NCBI GenBank assembly: GCA_012295275.1
Contig: CM022672.1
Span: 4,650,001 to 4,714,000 of the forward strand
Length of the DNA stretch: 64,000 nucleotides
From: Chrysomallon squamiferum
Lineage: Eukaryota > Animalia > Mollusca
Direction: 5' to 3'
The stretch's first letter is position 1; the number at the start of each line of letters is the position of its first letter. This document shows positions 28,408-42,546 of the stretch, piece after piece. Below the pieces are notes generated by a model. The model worked only from the letters and a program-made list of their open reading frames with translations. It made no database searches and was not told the origin of the DNA. The translations under genes and the position numbers were made by a program.

Positions 28408-28441
<34 letters not shown>

Positions 28442-28460
28442 TGTATGTATATATGTATGT
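28183..28460. repeat. Long (TATG)n tetranucleotide microsatellite
   Basis: About 200 bp of perfect run plus a degenerate tail; source of the MYVC/HTYI ORFs. Confidence 0.98.
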
Positions 28461-29120
28461 AATTGTATTGTATTGTATGTGTTTGTGTTTATGTATAATT
28501 GTGTAATACATAAAAATAATAAGGTGTGTACGTATGTGTGTGTGTTGTAAGGTAATGGATAGATATAGCATGCATACACATACATACATACAAAAACATT
28601 GGCATACATTTATCTCTCACTCTCTGTCTCTATATGTTTGTGTATATCTGTCTATCAACACGTGTATGTGTCTGTGTGTCTGTGTGTGTGTGTGTGTATA
28701 TATTTAGGTTGATAGAGCCATAGATAGATATACACAAATACACAATTACGCATTTGTACACACACATACACACACACACACACACATATATATATGTGTA
28801 CAAATGCGTGTTTGTGTATTTGTGTATATCTATCTATGTACTTATACATATATTTTTTTTAATCTACCTATCTAAATACATGCGTTTTTGTGTAATTTGA
28901 TTACAGTACCTTAGTGTCTAACAACGTCACGTACATAATCTATTCTATTTTTATCATCGACCATTTACTTCTGTTATTGTTTTACACTGATACATCTGAT
29001 TATACACATAAGCTACAACCACTCTGTAGTTAGTGCTGAAAAACAAAAGCTATTATAATCCATTTCTATTTTGAAGAATACGATAGGAGACTTAACTCCT
29101 ACTCACATTCGTAGATTAAT

Positions 29121-29822
29121 AAGATGAGCTGTTTATAAATAGTTAAACAGCAATTATCCTCTTCTATTACAGTGTCCACCCATTTAGATATCATTCATTA
29201 ACGAAGGACTAATTTATGTATTGTGAGGGTAACTGAATAAGCTTTACGCTCAAACAATTTCTATTAATTTAGTCTGATTGCGCGTTTCATATAATGGATA
29301 TCTTTTTACACCTTTTTAAAATTAGATATAGGATGTGCCGTCAGCGGTATTCGATCCCATTCCCTTAGCGTTAAAACACATTTGTCTTTATAGAGAATGG
29401 GCTGTCTACTGGATGCAATGTTGTAATTAATCAGAGAAAGAGAAAAAAAAAAAAAAAAAACACACAAAAAACCCCAGTTATTATCTTAAACTTCAGTTGT
29501 TACATGGTAGTCACGTTCGATCCCAGCGAGTATTAATCTTAATATTAATCTAAATTAATATTAATCCATGCGACCGATTAAAAAAAAAAAAAACACTGGA
29601 CTTCCGCTGATTACGATCTTATTGGAAAAATGTGTTATTAGTAAAGTGGATTGCCATTAAAAAGATGAGTTGTTTATAAATAGTTAATCAGCAATTGTCC
29701 TATATTGTTACAATGTCCGCCGATATAGAACTCATTCATTTATTTATTATGATGGTAACTGAAGAAGCTTTACGCTTAAACCTTTTTTTGTTTGTTTGTT
29801 TGTTTAGTCTGACTGCGCATTA
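29121..29822. repeat. A-B-A' composite: ~165-bp direct repeats (29121-29287, 29662-29822) flanking module B copy 2 (29292-29657)
   Basis: AAGATGAGYTGTTTATAAATAGTTAAWCAGCAATT...GGTAACTGAAKAAGCTTTACGCTYAAAC...TTAGTCTGAYTGCGC occurs twice, and the middle matches 26960-27335. Confidence 0.8.
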
Positions 29823-30061
29823 CAGTAAGAAACGAATTAATATCTAATATAAAATGTTCATGCTACGTTCGTGATGATTTGATGATGATGATGATGATGA
29901 TGATGAACGAATAGGAAAGAGTCGAACAACATTATAAAACAATTACTGTTACAAATACAGCAAATACTGCCGGCTTCGTCAACAATAACAAAGTGCTTGA
30001 TCAAATAAACAAACACTTGATGGTTATTGTCAGTCTGTGGAATGTGTTTATTTATTTATTT

Positions 30062-30095
<34 letters not shown>

Positions 30096-30153
30096 CCATT
30101 ATTTTATATTTATTTATTTATATATTTTTTTTGTTCTTTTTGTTTGATATATA

Positions 30154-30192
<39 letters not shown>

Positions 30193-31221
30193 AGTCGTTT
30201 TTCTTCAAATTCTTATTTCAGTAAATTCACTTATAAATAAAAATTAACATTTATGAAATTATATTTTTTCTTTGAGCTTATAACGCGATAAAATATGCAT
30301 TTCTAATTGTTGCTTTCATTTTAAATTTACTTTCGAATTTATTTACATTGCAATAAATAAAGTTAATTCTGACAGAGTAGTTTTTAATTTCATTTTCGAT
30401 TCATTAATTTCAGCTGATTTTTCTTTTTATTTTATTCGTTTTTTTTATCTGTCTTGGTGTATTTTGTAAAACAAACAAACAAATTAATAAATATACAGTT
30501 TATTTCATAAAGGCGTGAGTACAGAATAATAAATGAAATTACTTTACGTGCATGCAAGATATGTGAAAACAACTGATGCATTTTGAATTCTTTGTTTTTT
30601 CTCGCTGAATTTGTTCCTTCTTTCTCTTAACGATAATTATCTCAGAAATTGAGGAAATGGAAAAATAAAAAATTTCAGAACTGAGTTTTAGAAGATTATG
30701 TGAAAATTGTCAAATGTGTGTTAATCTTAAAGCATTTCGCTGAAAAAGCAACGGAAATTTAAAACATTTGACAAATAGCGAAATGCAGTTTTTATGGTTG
30801 GAAGGAAAAATCAAATTACAAATCTGGATTACGTAAACAAAATACACTTTAAGATACTTTAAAAAAAAAAAAAAAAAAAAAACCAAACAAAATGAAACAA
30901 AAAACATCACAACATCTCAATTACCAGTTCATAAGCATTATTATAAATCATATTCTCAGAATAGTTTCATTTTTCAACCTCAGGCTATATTTTTTTAATT
31001 TTTCACGGCTCTCTCATATTGATTTTGGATTTTGGTTACTTCACTGCACCCCGAAACAAAATAGAATTTAATAGATAGATGCAGCTTTTTAAACGAAAAA
31101 AACAACCCAAAACATTATCATGATGTCATCGTAAAAAGCCAGTGTGAATCCTTTTCAGTTTGATTGTTACTGAATAGTTTGTGTAAACAGCAACACAAGT
31201 CCTGAGGCGAACAGCAAAGAT

Positions 31222-31290
31222 GAGGATGCAGCTCAGTTAGTATAATTATTAAGCGATAGCTTGCAGGATCGAACCCAGTCAGGACCTCAC
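31222..31290 (+). mobile_element. Degenerate tRNA-derived SINE-like head
   Basis: A-box-like GCAGCTCAGTTAG (31228-31240) and B-box-like GGATCGAACCC (31266-31276); I cannot fold it into a full cloverleaf. Confidence 0.4.
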
Positions 31291-32171
31291 TGTTTAGTCA
31301 TTGATGGAAATTGGTTTTAGGAGCTAGGGGTACGTTAAGACAGGGAAGTGAGGGAGGCAGAGTGATGACATTTCAGGACGAAATAAAGCTGATATGAAAT
31401 GGGCATTCGCTTTTATACCGAGGTAGAAAAAGTGTTGAATTAACTGTTGCTTCTATACCTAATAAACGTTTGTAACTCCGAACTAATACAGAAATAGGAT
31501 ATTATCTGGAATCTAAAATGCAAGGAAACGCCGTCTTCCTGCATACCACTCGCATTTCCATTACTGCTTTGATGTTTAACTTAAATTTTAAAAGCATGGG
31601 ATTTTCCTTTCAACTTTACAGTAGTAGTAATGGCAGCAGCAGCAGTAGTAGCAGTAGTAGTACAATTAATAGCAGCAGCAGCAGAAGTAATAGTAATGCT
31701 ACGTCATCTAATCTGAAGTCCAAATTTTGCTAACGTTTCTGTTCAGTATTTCACAATAATCTTTAGCAGTTAACGATCCTAGATCCTGCCGCGCGAAAGC
31801 CACGCAGGCCTACTTAATCATTTTGTTCTGACAGCAGTGGAAGCACTCGTGCTTGATTTAACTACTAAATGGACATCCATTATTTGTCGTTAGCTCATTA
31901 CAGCGATTGTCTATTGATTCTATTGTTATCCTGCGCTCACGTACGACAGCTCTGACAGATCCAGTGAATTAAAGACACACACATGACAATGATTCAGCTA
32001 ATTAGGCACATTAGTTGTGAAAATAATATTCGCGAAGAACCGGTCTCAGTGACAAGGTCAAGCAGTGTATTCACGTACACAGATGTGCGGAGTTCTCTTT
32101 TTTTTGACTTTTTTTAAACACTTTTGAATGGAAAAAGTCATCTTTGATCTGTTCACGTCATTTTTCCACGT

Positions 32172-32266
32172 CAAGTACATGAGTTCAGACGAGGAAAAAC
32201 ATGAATTCAGACGTGAAGTTCATGAATTCCGTCGAGGAAGTACATGAATTCAGACAAGGAAGTACG
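32172..32266. repeat. Short tandem repeat, ~22-bp unit GAAGTACATGAATTCAGACGAG, about 4 copies
   Basis: CATGARTTC recurs four times at ~21-22 bp spacing. Confidence 0.8.
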
Positions 32267-34317
32267 TTGGATCATTTTAATCGCCAATTGCTGCAATTTC
32301 GCGGATGTGCAAAAACCTCGGGCATTCGGAATACTTTCACAAAATAACGTAATTTCAGTCTACACTTATTCAAAGCGTGAACGCTAACCTATAACAGATA
32401 TTACCAAGAACAGATATCTCTTGTACTAAAAAAAAAAAAAAAAAAAAATAGATAAAAGAATAGATAAAAAAAAAAAAAAAGAACGAAGAAGGAGGAGAAA
32501 AAGAAAATGAAACAGGTTTTATAGAATTTCTGTGAATGCCGACTGCTACTCATGTAAAATGTATAAATCAGTGGTTTTCCCGATTAATTTGTTTTAATGT
32601 TGAATATATATATATATCATTATGTACACACATATGTTAATGTTTTGTACAAGCGAGAAGGATTTAGAGTACGTTTCTTTGAGTACGTAATTATGTTCGC
32701 ATGTTTTCATAGGCCATGAGTTTTCCGTGAAATCACGCGTATACAAAATCTTCAGTTTGCCGCGGAAACATAAAAAAACTGAGGGCGATAACTCCATATT
32801 TAAATAAAGTATAAGCTAGGAAAAAAATCGCCTGTGTGGAGTATTTAAAAGTCTGTGACAGAAAAATCTTGCCTCTACACAGATCGCATAGGATGTAGAA
32901 AATAAATAAATGTATTTTAAAATATTGTTTATAAATTTTGAAACTGGTATTTTCCTGGGTACGCCAGATAGTCTGGTAGCCGGTCTTGGTGGTAGCAGTT
33001 CTAGCAGACGTGTTCCAAAGTATTGTCGTTTTATTCCTCTTCATTCTGCACGTGTTTTTGCTGCCTCCAACTGATCCATTTCTCCAGTTAATCTAGCGAA
33101 CACGGACTCTGACAACCAGCGCTACGTTCATCCTTACCCAGATGCGTCTTCATTTCAGATACATATTTTTCTTAATCCTCTTGTCGTCGGATCTCGTCTG
33201 AGTTGACAAATCTCATATCTTCTGTTTAACTTACAGACATGTTTAATTTCCAGCGTCCTGTCGTTGCCAGGGATACTGATGCAGACATAATTGACAACCG
33301 TTAGCAGTCTCTGATGGTTATCCTTCCTCCCCCCCACCCCACGTCCCCAAACAGAAATAAAAATAGAAAGATGTATGGACATAACTTCGTTAATTAAAAC
33401 CGTCTTACGTTTGTTTCTAGGAAAGGAAAGTGGGCGAAAACCTTATTAAGATGGCATCATACGTCGTTAATTTCTGATGGCTGTCTGCATTAGCTGCACT
33501 CCTGTTCTCTGCTCCTGCAGGAGTTTATACAAATCTGTGTCATGCATAAGACAGCGTTAGACACAGTACGTCGTCTACAAATGACAGACGTGCGTGTGTG
33601 TGTGTGTGTGTGTGTGCGAGTTGTAAAGAGGGAGAAAACTGCATGTTTCGTGTGAGTAAGAATTAGCCAGAATGCACTAGCACTGATAAATCCGCTCTTA
33701 AGAAGGACTAATATTATTACTGTTTCTGTGCCAGAGTTTGCTGAATAGCAGCGTGCGAAATGTCTTCAAAGGGAAAGTAAAGATAGTAAATCAGACGACA
33801 GCAGAAAAAAAAAAAAAAAAAGAGAAAATAATAATAATAATAAGAATAATAATAAGAAGAAGAAGAAAAGAAGAAGAAGAAAAAAAAAAAAAAAAACGGA
33901 GGTAAAAGGACACATTAAAGAAAGAAAAAGTAGTTTAACGAAATTGAAATCTCTGAAATCTGTGCATATATTACGTAACATTTTTTTTTTTTTTTTTTTA
34001 GGTTAATATTAACCATGGACACTTTCGATCCTCTACTCAGAGATAATACCGCCTAAGGAAAGTAGAACATGTAATTAATGTGTTTTTTTCAGACATTTGT
34101 AACACAATTCTAGCTGATCAATACATTCTACAACGTCGTATCTGTAGACGCTGCTGTCACACCGCTGATTACATGACAGCCTCAGGTGATTACGTTTCAC
34201 GGCATGGTGCTTTTATATCAACTACAACAGGAAGCGAGAGAGAGCAGCAAACTATATATACATATTTATATGTATATATGTGTATACGTATATATAGAGA
34301 CACACTCACAGATACAC

Positions 34318-34404
<87 letters not shown>

Positions 34405-37400
34405 TGGAACAAATCTTTATTAATAATAAAGTATGACAGCAAAATAAAAATCCTTCGAAAGGAATATGAGGTTATACATTTAAATAAATAAATAAAAAGT
34501 AAAAAATCAAGTAAATTTATAAATAAAATAAAATAATAAGGATGATAAATACGACGACTATGATTATGATAAAGATAATAAAATGGTGTAAGTGGAATCT
34601 AAGTTGGTAAATTCTAGGTCTAACAGAACATTTGTCAATCATTCTAGTTCTCTTTCCTCGCGGATATGTTACTTTATTTATGCTGTTGCTGTTTTTATAA
34701 TTCATTATTATATATTATAATTACGTAAGTAGATAATTTTTATAAAAATATCAGATGACCGTGCATGAAAGTGATATATACTATTTCATTTTCTAATCTG
34801 AAAAAGGCTCGATTAATCTTAAAATCGATATTTAACCTGTGCAGTTATTTTTATTATTTATTTATCAGTCTGTCTTTTTTCTTACTTTTTGTAGATTTTT
34901 ATGATTATTATTATTATTTTTTTTTAATGAATAATGAACAGAATATATATATTTAATGCTTTAAAAAATAAAATAACATAAAATAAATAAATAAATAAAA
35001 AAAAGTTAAAAGAAACATCAATGTTTAATTTTCGTGTTCAAGTTAGTTTACTATGACTTTATAATTTACAAAAACTGGTGGCCATTTTCCTGAACATAAC
35101 TAGTCACTTTGAAATATACATTTTTATATACAAATATACAAATATACATGTAAACTCTTTGTTCATGCCACCATAAATGCATTTTAATTTAGCTAACTTC
35201 CTTTGGCTTCATTCGATCAATATGTCTTGGAAGCGCGTGCCTTCAATTTCAAGAAAAGCCGTGGCTCGTGATTCCGCGCTGAAGAGATTCAGCGACTGAC
35301 CACGATTCCTTGTACACAGTGAATGACTAAGTTTAAAGTTTCGATAAAAGTCAGGTGCTTGAGATACCAGATGAATGGCTTCTTCTGAAGATCGTGTTTC
35401 GTCAAAGATTCCTGGTTCCTTTTCAAAGCGATTTCTTTGTTCGCAGACGTTTTTGTTGACCGGTTCATTTTCACGTTTGAAGCGGCGAAGGAAATTAAGA
35501 TAAAATTATTTCCCAAGGACGCTGAAATGAAAAAAAAAAAAAAAAGGAGAAATTAAGGGATAAAATGAGGTGATGAGTTTTCTGTGATCTAGATGTTTGT
35601 ATGTTTTAAAGGAGAGAGAAAAAGAGAAAAAAAAAAAAAAAAAAAGAAAAAAAAAAGAAAAAAGAAAAAAAAAAAAAAGAAAAAAAAAGAAAAAAAGAAA
35701 GGAAGAATGAATGAGAAAAAGAACAAAAGCAAGAGAAAAGAAGAAAGACAGAAAATAAAATGAATAAATGACAGAAATAAAAACATAAACTGATATATAA
35801 AAATGAACGATATGGACAGATTAATCAGTATTTTTTGTATTTGTTATTTTTTTATAACACAAATACATAAATAAACACGTTTTCTTTGCTTGTTTTTTGA
35901 TTTTAATGATAATTAGAGAAGTAACGATAATAATCTACATGACTTTAGTATTTCATTTTTTTTCTTCAAGTAAACAGTGTAAGATAAACAAACAGACGAA
36001 ACTTAATGGTATTATTATACATAAGAGACCATATTTGTAAAATAAAAACATTTCGTAAATAAAAACTAATGGCAAAATAGTTGCTGAAATTCTGTAATAT
36101 GTCATTAAGGAAATAAAATTCATGATTTATAAGTGAGTTTTTTCTGTTAGTTACCAATAAAAAGTTACGAAAAATGAAAATTTATCTGGATGAAATTGAG
36201 ATCGATCAAAATCTTAGATGTGTGAAAAAATACATATAAAAGACTTCTGAACGCTATAGAAAAAGTAGCGGATTTTTTCTTTCAGAAAGTGCATGTCAGG
36301 AGTACCAAAAATACAGCTCTGACATCAGACAGCTGATGACGTCAGGATTTTACCTCAGTAATTAGTCGTATAATCAGCTCTCCTCGGTGAGTTAATTGTC
36401 ACGGCAGCCTGTGCTCTACGACAGATTAATAAAATACACTGGTAAGTGCTGTCCTGTGTATGAGAAAAGTAAGTATTACAAAAAGCAGTTTAAAATTAGA
36501 AGTTCATTTTTTTCGGACAGAAAATATTCTGTCACTCTCGTTTAAACGTCACGTGACTGTCCTTCTTTCTTTCAGTAGTTAATGAAAGAAAGTTAATCAG
36601 CGTCTTTTAGAGGTAATAAACAAAAAAAACAAAAAATAATAATAAAAAATAAAAATAAAAATGAAAATAAAAAATAAAAGGAAGAAAGAAAAAATGAGTG
36701 TTGCCGATGAAAATAACTAGCGTGTGTCAGAGGTGCAACTTAAACAAAACAAAACTTGTTATGTATCTGACTTGCCATAACCTTGTAATATTGCTATTTA
36801 TTAAAAATAACATTGAACTCACATAGATGTATAGTTAATTATAAAGAAAACAAACAAACTTGAAGTAACAAGCAAACCATACACCTCTTGATCTAGTATA
36901 AATTGCAACATTGTATTTTTTTATATATAATTTCTTATATTATTATATATTTTTTTAAAGAACCTGCAATTAATATAATTCTTGTTGTTATTTATTTAAA
37001 AGAATACTGAAGTAATACTGTTCATCACAAAATTATTGTTAATAATTTATAAAGAACCTTTGTTAATAAAGTTTATCATAAAAATTAATTCTCGTTCTTT
37101 ACTTAAAAAGAACCTTGAACCTTGTCAAAACAGGATCGCGAATTAACGCATCGTTCTTCAGTGAAGGTTAGATGAAAGTAATTAAGATGTGTCTGAACGT
37201 AGTCCTGGTGTCACCTTGTTAGATACTGACAAAAGGTTTTGATATATCAAACGAACAAGAGAAAGATACTTCCGTTATAAACATCTCCGCAAAATGAGAA
37301 AGCAGGTCTTTGATACAGTTGTCTTGGAATACACGTTTGACTGATGAGAAATCATGGTCAGAGAGACGATTATTTTGTCATAATTATGTTCAGTCATAAT

Positions 37401-38589
37401 AATTTACATGAAATATCAGACGAAACACAGAACCACTTTTGTTGGGAGTAAAGCATTTGTTAAAGTGTTCGCCATACCGAATTAGGTGTTCTTCACAAGT
37501 GAAATGTAAATCACTTCTGAAAATTCAAGTTCAGCAGTTGATGTACTTAAAGTACACGAAATTTCTTCACAAACAGCAAATATTTCTCATTTATATATGA
37601 AATTGGAAATGAATAATAATAATTTGAAAAGTAGTAATAGTAGCTGCAGCAGCAGTAGTAAAGTAAGCCTTTTTGTACGTAATTTTCTTACTGTCTCTCT
37701 GTATGTCTGACTGTCAGTCTCTCTTTGTGTCTCTGTCTCTGTTTGTCTTTGAATGTCTCTGTATGTCTCTGTCTGTCTCTGTCTCTGTCTATCTGTCTGT
37801 CGCTGTTTGTCTCTGTCCCAATTTGTCACATTAGCGTCCTCTGTATGTCTCTGTTTGTGTATCTGTCTGTCTCTGTCTCTGTCTATCTGTCTGTCTCTGT
37901 TCGTCTCTGTCCCAGTTTGTCACATTAGTTTCCTCCAATCTTCTACCGCGTCTCGTGCTTTCCAAGTCTCGCTAATTCTCCTTTTCTCTCGTTGCCTCCG
38001 TCTTGTTTTACGATTTTGTTTGTTTGTTGTTGATGATTTTGTTTTTCTTCAGTTTATTCCGATTTTAATCACAAAACCCTTTGAAGAAGGAAAAATAAAA
38101 AGTCACGGGGAGTAATTAAAGAAGATGAGATTCGTGTAAACTACAGCTTTTTCTTACGACGAAAACTACCTTAATAAAATAATCCTATTCTTTCATTAAA
38201 TTTGTAGATTTCTTCATTGTGAAAAACCTAAAAGAAGAGACGACGAAGAACTGATGATGACTGTAATTATTTGATAAAAACGCTGCTAATTACGATGATA
38301 AGATATTAATGGCTATCTGGACAGACACGATTATTACGATGACAGCAGTGGTAATGATGATGATGACGACGACGACGACGATGATGATGATGATGATGGT
38401 GATGATCAGGACCAGCCTATACGAGTTCCGTCTCTTATATCTGTATTGATCTTCAACTGTATTTTAAAAAATGTGCTGAGAAAGTCGTTAAAACATCTTT
38501 TACTTTCTTCTCGCGATTCAAGAAAAACGTGCTACCCGACAGTTTTGGTTAACGCACCCCCATATACAAAATAATTATAACAACTGTCC

Positions 38590-39007
38590 GTTAGACTACA
38601 AAGAGTTTCCCATTCCAACCAGACTTGATCAGAATCACAAAAATAAACAAATTAGACAATGAACTCTAAATCTGTCATTAAAAATAAAATTTTATAAATT
38701 GAATTTACAGTAATAAACTACGGAAAAACGATAGACATTTCGTCATACATTCTCTTCTAATTCCATTTCTCACAGACGCACGCACGCACGCACTCACACA
38801 AGAACGCACGCACTGTACACACAGACAAACAAACATAAATAAAATATAAACCTAAAAAAAACCAGAGGGTTGAGACCCACTGGACATCACATAATCATGA
38901 ATTTAATCCGTTAATACTAACAAAAAACAAAACGAAAAAAATGAACAAGATTCCTTTTATATGATAACAAAAATTATTGATTTTTGTTTGCACCTCCCAC
39001 AGTCCCG

Positions 39008-39038
<31 letters not shown>

Positions 39039-39760
39039 CGTTGTTATTCTGTTCATGATTCATTTTCTTTCGGAAGAAAAGAAAACTCGATAAATTATCC
39101 TCGTAAATCTTGCAAACAAATACAACAGTGTTACTAAATCAAATTAAAGGTCGCGAGGCTACGGGATAAACTGTACTCGATAAACAGCCACAAGAGAGTT
39201 GTGTGAAAATCTATTAAATCAGTCATCGCGTCATACTGCACCTCCATCAGTTTAAGTCTGCGGTAAGCAATCTTCACATATATCAGTTAATATTCAAAAC
39301 CTCTCCCAGCCCCGATTTAAGAACGACACAATTTCCAAATCGAAGAATTTAAAAAAAAAAAAAAAAAAAAAAATTTTTTATTATTGTTATTCTTTTTTCA
39401 TTCAGATGCAAACATGAAATAAAAAATAAAAAGAGTTTTAACGATAAAAAAAAAAAAAAAAAAAAAATGCTAGATATCGAATCGTAATAATCTTTTGTTA
39501 AAATTAAGGTTTCTTATGTGCTGAGTAATACTGATTATTACGACACAGAGATTAGTTAGAATGGGAAAAATCAGTTGGGGAAATGAAATTTGAAGAGAAT
39601 GTGTGACGAAATGTCTATCGTTTTTCCGTAGTTTATTACTGTAAATTCAATTGTTAAAATTTTATTTTTAATGACAGATTTAGAGATCGTTGTCTAATTT
39701 GTTTATTTTCTCATTCTAATCCACTCTGTTTGGAACGGGAAAATCTGTGCAGTCTAGAAG
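38590..39760. repeat. Long inverted repeat: ~185-bp arms (38590-38775 and 39575-39760) around an ~800-bp spacer
   Basis: The left arm ...CTCTAAATCTGTCATTAAAAATAAAATTTT...GAATTTACAGTAATAAACTACGGAAAAACGATAGACATTTCGTCAYACATTCTCTTC is the reverse complement of 39592-39686 with few mismatches; outer parts are more diverged. Confidence 0.9.
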
Positions 39761-40904
39761 ACAATATATGGCTTTTGTTAAATATTAATATTTTTTGTTG
39801 TTCAGTAACAGCACCGGAATACACTTATTCATTTTTTGTCATCAGCTGTAGGATATATGGCATTCAGTATTGTCTTGTTTTAAGTTTACTGTTTTTATAT
39901 ATTTACTTTTGTTTGTATGTGAAAACATAATGATTTTTCTCTTCTTATTCTTCTTCTTCTTTATCAAATATTAAAAAAAAAAAAAAAAAAAAAAATCCAT
40001 TTTTGGCTACAGATGATTACTTTGACACCTTTTACTTTAAAATGTTAATTTCAAAATACGTTAGCTGTAATCCTCTAGACATCTTGTAAACAACATCCGT
40101 GACAAACTAATTATCTCTTTCTACAGTTTTCTTGTCCAAATTATTATTATTATCTTCATTAGTGACTGCACAAAAACAAAAACAACAAAAAGCAGTGGAA
40201 TTCGAATTTTCAGAATTCAATTATTAAGTATCTATGATAATACGTATTTGCTGATTTATATACAGTTTTTCGAAAATAAAATCTGCAAAAAGGAAGAATT
40301 TTCGGTACTCGTTGATTTTTTTTTTTTTTTTTCTGGACGTAATATTAAGGTTCGTTTAATCCCCCTGAAAGCCTACTTGCTTCGACATTGACAAATACCA
40401 AAGTTAGCTTTTATTATGTCTATTTGAAGTTTAGTACAAAGAAGATTAACAAGTATGATGGCCGTTCATTCAACCTCCAAGGACATTATTTCTGTCGTTA
40501 TATTAGCACAAAATAGCTAAATGAATAGAACAACGACGTCAACTGTAAGAGTAATAGGATCGGTTCTTCCGTTTCTTACAGTACCCTTAAACTGATATAT
40601 CAAAACTCGGTGTTGTTTTCATATCTGTCTGTTTGTTTCTCTATCTCTGTATAGCTGTGTTTGTAACATAGTCCATATGTCTGTCTGTCTCTCTGACTGT
40701 CAGTCTATATCTATCTATCTATCAGTCAATCTATCTGTCTGTCTGTTTGCCTATCTATCTCACTGTCTGTTTATGTCAGTCTATATCTATAAATCGCCAT
40801 CTATCAGTCTGTCTATCTATCTGTCTGTCTGTTTGTCTATCTGTCTATTTATATGTCAGTCTATCTGTATGTCTATTTTTCTATGTGTCTGACTGTCTAT
40901 CTAT

Positions 40905-40954
<50 letters not shown>

Positions 40955-41701
40955 GTCTATCTGTCTGTCTGTCTATCCATCTATTTATCAATCTATATAT
41001 ATAATTCTGTCTCTCTGTCTATATGTCTATATTTTGATTTATCTGTCTATCAATATTTATTCTTATGTTTTCAGTATCAGTGTACTCTTTGAAAATCCAC
41101 ATTTTCATCATTTTATAAAATATTTATTTTCTTATAACTGTGTGAATCCTCCACCTGGGCATGTGACAAGAAGTCTGCAAACAGAAATTAGCTCGAATTA
41201 CTTTTAAAAGCATCGAAATTTCCTTTCATCAGCCTGTGGTTGTGCTAAATGGCTGCTGAAGCGGCAGCTCGCACACTGAAATTATCGACGATTTTCTCGG
41301 AAAACAAACACGTTTGTCTAGAAAAGATGATTTTAGCGAAAGATAGAGACGGCGAGACGTTCTTGAAACATTTACAAACGAGTTTTAGCGGAAAATGTGG
41401 GAGACGTAAGTAATTGATGGGAACTGGTTTAAAATAGCAGTGCGATAAAACAACCTTTTTTTTTTTTTTTGTTGATTTTTTAAATATCTTCTTTAAGAGA
41501 TATATAGAACAAACAGACACACATATAGACATACTGACGTACACACTAACAGACATACAGAAATACATACTAACAGACATACATACACAAGCATACATAC
41601 AGGCATACAAAGAGACAGACAGTCAAACAGATAAACAGACAGATATATAGATAATCTCTATCGATAGACTTACAACTAGATATATCTATATCAACTGAGA
41701 A

Positions 41702-41742
<41 letters not shown>

Positions 41743-42546
41743 CAGAGGGAGAGATGTATTCTCTGTATGAGAAATCGCTGTGAAGTTCTTCTATTATAAA
41801 CAATATCATTTTGAAACATGGTTAATGTTACTTGTTCCATTGCTTTGTTTGAAGACCATTCTGTACCGCAGCGCTTTTGTCAGCAGGGACAAAGGTGGGC
41901 AGAGAGAGATTTCACAATATTAGCACACCGCTTCGCTTTAAGACTATTCAACACTGCAGTCGTTTTGTCTGACCAGATAAAAGGTCTTTACAAAGAGGTT
42001 TAATCTGGACGCAAGATTCCGATATATTTATTAACAAAGATTTCGTATCATTGATTACAAAACCCCACGTTGAAAACTGCTAGCGGGTCGATCATTATAT
42101 ACTGATAAGTGAGAAAAAATCGAAGGAAAAAAAAAAAGGAATTCAATAAATAATGCTATTTTTGGTAGACAAAGTCAATATCACGGTGTTTTATTTTAAT
42201 GTAACATTACCTTTCATTTATCAGCGTGTCAAAAGATAGCTTTTGACTTGGCTGTGGAGTAGAAGTCTATAACATAGCGGTTCTCCTTGTACAGATTAGC
42301 AGCTCTGTGAATTCAAATTACTTAACGCGGCTTAACTGGTTCAGCGGAGGGGATAAAATAAAACGTTTTGTTATTCATTGCTCATGCATAGCATTCACTG
42401 GTTCGTTATTCAGCATAGCATTCATCTGTCACTAATGTATTTCAGTGGTTCATTGGTAGTATAATTATAGTATACGCTGGTTCGTTTTTGTGAGGGATAC
42501 AGTACACATTGTTTCATTGGACGTCTCTTGCCTCCTCTCATTTCTC

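Noticed and set aside
28074-28609. Long ORFs (up to 158 aa) of MYVC/HTYI repeats, and similar SLSL, ERER, HTHT, CVCV and poly-N/I/Y ORFs throughout the window
   Set aside because: These are translations of microsatellites that lack stop codons; there is no splice or homology support.
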